48,373 bases of DNA from Bacteroidota bacterium (GTDB lineage Bacteria > Bacteroidota > Bacteroidia > 2-12-FULL-35-15). Shown in pieces: positions 45,989-48,373 of the stretch (the stretch's first letter is position 1; the number at the start of each line of letters is the position of its first letter). A program made the translations under genes and the position numbers. The notes under the pieces are model-generated. The model did no database searches. It was not told the origin of the DNA and saw only the letters and a list, made by a program, of their open reading frames with translations. The stretch covers positions 1-48,373 of the forward strand of contig CANCPZ010000001.1 of assembly GCA_947380175.1 (NCBI GenBank), given 5' to 3'.

Positions 45989-47152
45989 TTAATGTGCCGA
46001 AACTGTTTCGTGATCATGATGGTGATTAACATCATGACCTTCGTCTACTGCTGCACCAAAATATATCGCAGATAACAATGCGAAAACATATGCTTGTAAA
46101 AAGGCAACCAATAATTCCAACGCTCCCATAAAAATAGTAAACACTAATGAAAGAACTGAAACTCCTAAACCAAGTCCTACGTTCATTTCGCCAAAAATAA
46201 ATATTAAACTAAAAAATGCTAAGGAGATAATATGACCTGCAGTTATGTTAGCAAACAAACGTATCATCAATACAAACGGACGAAGAAACAATCCTAAAAT
46301 TTCAATTGGAGTTAATATAATTAATACAGGAATTGGAACACCTGGCATTGCAAATACATGTCGCCAATAATGTTTGTTTGCAACAAAAAATGTAATCAGT
46401 AAAGTAAATGCAGCTAAAACCATAGCTACAGAAATACTTCCTGTTAAGTTTGATCCTCCCGGAAAAATCGGAATTAATCCCAATAAATTATTAATCCAAA
46501 TAAAGAAAAATACAGTTAAAAGAAACGGCATAAATCGCTCGTAATTTTTACCAATACTTGGTTTAGCAACATCGTCTCTAACAAAAACAATTAGAGGTTC
46601 AATCCATGATTGTAAACCCTTTGGTGCTTTTCCTCTGTTTTTATTTGCCGATTTAGCAACCGAAAGAAAAATCCACAACATCAATAACATACTAAACAAC
46701 ATTGCTGCTACATTTTTTGTTATTGAAAAATCGGAAAGTGATGATGTTGCAACTTCATCAATACCACCTAATTGACTATCGATTACAACTACATTTCCTT
46801 CATGTAAGGCATAAGTATAATTTGCCCCCTTATACTGCTCTTCTCCTTCATGACCAAAATGTGATGATGAAAATACTTCAATACCTTTATCTGTTTTAAC
46901 AATTACAGGCAGTGAGATAGAAATGTGTCCAAACAAATGCCAAGAATGATTATCCGCAACATGCTCCAAAATCATTTTTCCGGCATTAAAACCGCCTTCT
47001 TCGTGTACTTTATCTTCAACTTTTTCATTAGAAACTGTTGAATTTGCATTTGGTTCATTGTCTGTTGGCTCGGATGCAAACGATGCAAACGATGAAATTA
47101 GCATTGTTAAAATTAGTAAAAAATGCTTGAACGTATTTATTTTATTGGCCAT
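45989..47152 (-). CDS. atpB: F0 ATP synthase subunit a (long Bacteroidota-type N-terminal extension, His-rich C-tail)
   Basis: The conserved Arg helix is LRPFVLMIRLFANITAGHI. The ~170-aa N-terminal extension has a signal-like segment. The C-terminus reads DEGHDVNHHHDHETVSAH. Confidence 0.92.
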   Translation of the reverse strand: MANKINTFKHFLLILTMLISSFASFASEPTDNEPNANSTVSNEKVEDKVHEEGGFNAGKMILEHVADNHSWHLFGHISISLPVIVKTDKGIEVFSSSHFGHEGEEQYKGANYTYALHEGNVVVIDSQLGGIDEVATSSLSDFSITKNVAAMLFSMLLMLWIFLSVAKSANKNRGKAPKGLQSWIEPLIVFVRDDVAKPSIGKNYERFMPFLLTVFFFIWINNLLGLIPIFPGGSNLTGSISVAMVLAAFTLLITFFVANKHYWRHVFAMPGVPIPVLIILTPIEILGLFLRPFVLMIRLFANITAGHIISLAFFSLIFIFGEMNVGLGLGVSVLSLVFTIFMGALELLVAFLQAYVFALLSAIYFGAAVDEGHDVNHHHDHETVSAH

Positions 47153-47190
47153 TACACTTATTTCTTTACTCAGTTTTTTTTATTCGGGTG

Positions 47191-47198
47191 CAAATTTA
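47191..47198 (-). promoter_or_regulatory. Candidate internal -7 promoter element TAAATTTG upstream of atpB
   Basis: The minus strand reads TAAATTTG, ending 38 nt before the atpB ATG, within a 145-nt gap. No properly spaced -33 TTG was found. Confidence 0.3.
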
Positions 47199-47297
47199 GG
47201 GAATTAAACCAATATTTTTAAGAAAATGACTTGTTTTTTACTGAATTCTATCAGTTGTTTTTTTACTGATATAAAAAGGGGATAATTGTCGATAAAA

Positions 47298-47675
47298 TTA
47301 TTTTTTGAAATGGCGCAAGAGTGTAAACACCTCAAAACCAGAATACAACAAGTACATAACTAGGAAAAATATTGTGAAACCCAATGCTGCTTCTCGTTTA
47401 ATAAGCGCATACACCAAAATCAATGTTAAATAGCCAAATAGTTTTATACCAGTAACTAGCATAAAATTGACAATAAATTTTTTAGGCTCTTTAACAGAAC
47501 TTTTAACTAAAAAAAGGTGTATTAAAGTGGAAGAAATAATGAAAAACAACCAAACAATCCAACTTAAATTTGTTTGAAAACGCAAAGAAGCATATTGATT
47601 CCAAAGAAATAAAAAAATCAACGTAAAAAAAGAAAAGATAAGTGATTGTATATAAAACGGTTTTAATGAACTCAT
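47298..47675 (-). CDS. Small 4-TM membrane protein of unknown function between atpZ and atpB
   Basis: It is 125 aa with four hydrophobic helices. It starts 9 nt after the atpZ stop on the same strand. I could not assign a family. Confidence 0.6.
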   Translation of the reverse strand: MSSLKPFYIQSLIFSFFTLIFLFLWNQYASLRFQTNLSWIVWLFFIISSTLIHLFLVKSSVKEPKKFIVNFMLVTGIKLFGYLTLILVYALIKREAALGFTIFFLVMYLLYSGFEVFTLLRHFKK

Positions 47676-47684
47676 TATTTGGTC

Positions 47685-47912
47685 TTACTTTTTTATAACG
47701 TCTTTAATAAAATAATAGATTGCTAAAAATACCGACAACAAAGTGAGAACCAATGTAAATATTGGAAATTTTAAAGCAAGCCACTTGTCTAATTGAATTC
47801 CTCCCAAAACACCACCAACAATAATGGCTGCCATTTGAATCGCCATTCCTGAATATTTTGAATACCCATTAAGCGGTTTTTTCGGCGAGTTTTGATTTTG
47901 CGGTATTTTCAC
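47685..47912 (-). CDS. AtpZ/AtpI-family small membrane protein
   Basis: The family core is YSKYSGMAIQMAAIIVGGVLGGIQLDKWL followed by a second TM helix. The GTG start at 47912 overlaps the bactofilin gene by 44 nt. The alternative ATG at 47846 would remove part of the conserved core. Confidence 0.72.
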   Translation of the reverse strand: MKIPQNQNSPKKPLNGYSKYSGMAIQMAAIIVGGVLGGIQLDKWLALKFPIFTLVLTLLSVFLAIYYFIKDVIKK

Positions 47913-48285
47913 CTTTTATGTCTTTTATTATACCTCCCATGCTACATGAGCCAGAAAATGTTGCGCCAGGTTCTACTGCAATTTTGTTTGTAATAATATC
48001 ACCAGTAAGTTTAGATGAAGCTTTGAGAGATAATAATTCTGAAACAGCTATTTTCCCTTTGATGGTTCCTGAAACGTCAGCGTTTTGGCAAATAATTTCA
48101 CCGTCAATATTTCCTGATGTACCTACCACTAATTTACCTTTTACATTTATCGAACCTTTTAAAGATCCGTCAATTCGCATATCCCCATTGGTTGTAATGT
48201 CACCATCAATTATAGTTCCTGCACCAATAATATTTACTGATGAGCTTTCGGTTGTATTGTTTTTTACCATCATTTTATTGAACAT
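47869..48285 (-). CDS. Bactofilin-family polymer-forming cytoskeletal protein
   Basis: The ORF was trimmed to the ATG at 48285 (MFNKMMVKNN...). The beta-helical repeats are IIGAGTIIDGDITTNGDMRIDGSLKGSINVKGKLVVGTSGNIDGEIICQNADVSGTIKGKI...LTGDIITNKIAVEPGATFSGSCSM. Confidence 0.85.
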   Translation of the reverse strand: MFNKMMVKNNTTESSSVNIIGAGTIIDGDITTNGDMRIDGSLKGSINVKGKLVVGTSGNIDGEIICQNADVSGTIKGKIAVSELLSLKASSKLTGDIITNKIAVEPGATFSGSCSMGGIIKDIKGENTAKSKLAEKTA

Positions 48286-48373
48286 TGAATACGAATTTTG
48301 AATTGCTTTTTGTAAAATTAGTCGAAAAAAATACAAAACCAATAAATTTCCACTTTTTTTTGCAAATTTATTG

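Overview
This is a low-GC chromosomal segment from a member of the Bacteroidota. The evidence for that assignment is T9SS type-B C-terminal sorting domains, a PorP/SprF gene, TAnnTTTG promoter-like octamers, an atp operon that stops at atpG, and purH-mreBCD-mrdA-rodA synteny. About two thirds of the window is tightly packed housekeeping: purH, the complete rod-shape/elongasome operon, murI, an S41 protease, rnpA-yidD, hemD, a polyprenyl-PP synthase and the F-ATPase operon atpBEFHAG headed by bactofilin and atpZ. I found no tRNA, rRNA, CRISPR array, transposase, integrase or recognisable defence genes. Two regions look accessory or poorly understood. (1) 23.0-36.4 kb holds a eukaryote-TMTC-like GT-C/TPR membrane protein. 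It is followed by two tandem paralogous giant T9SS type-B cargo proteins that share a beta-propeller head but have different repeat stalks, then one PorP/SprF gene and a PG1058-like TPR/beta-propeller/OmpA protein. (2) 18.4-22.7 kb is a co-directional envelope cluster of two cytochrome-c-like (PSCyt1-type) lipoproteins with CX4CH variants, a prenyl synthase, a MORN lipoprotein, YceI and a beta-barrel, closed by a strong terminator. Other notable items are a secreted protein with three lamin-tail domains behind rodA, a secreted MORN-repeat protein co-transcribed with a soluble 4-PAS kinase and a LytTR regulator, and a strong intrinsic terminator inside the atp operon after atpE. All family assignments come from motif recognition by eye. 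No searches were run.
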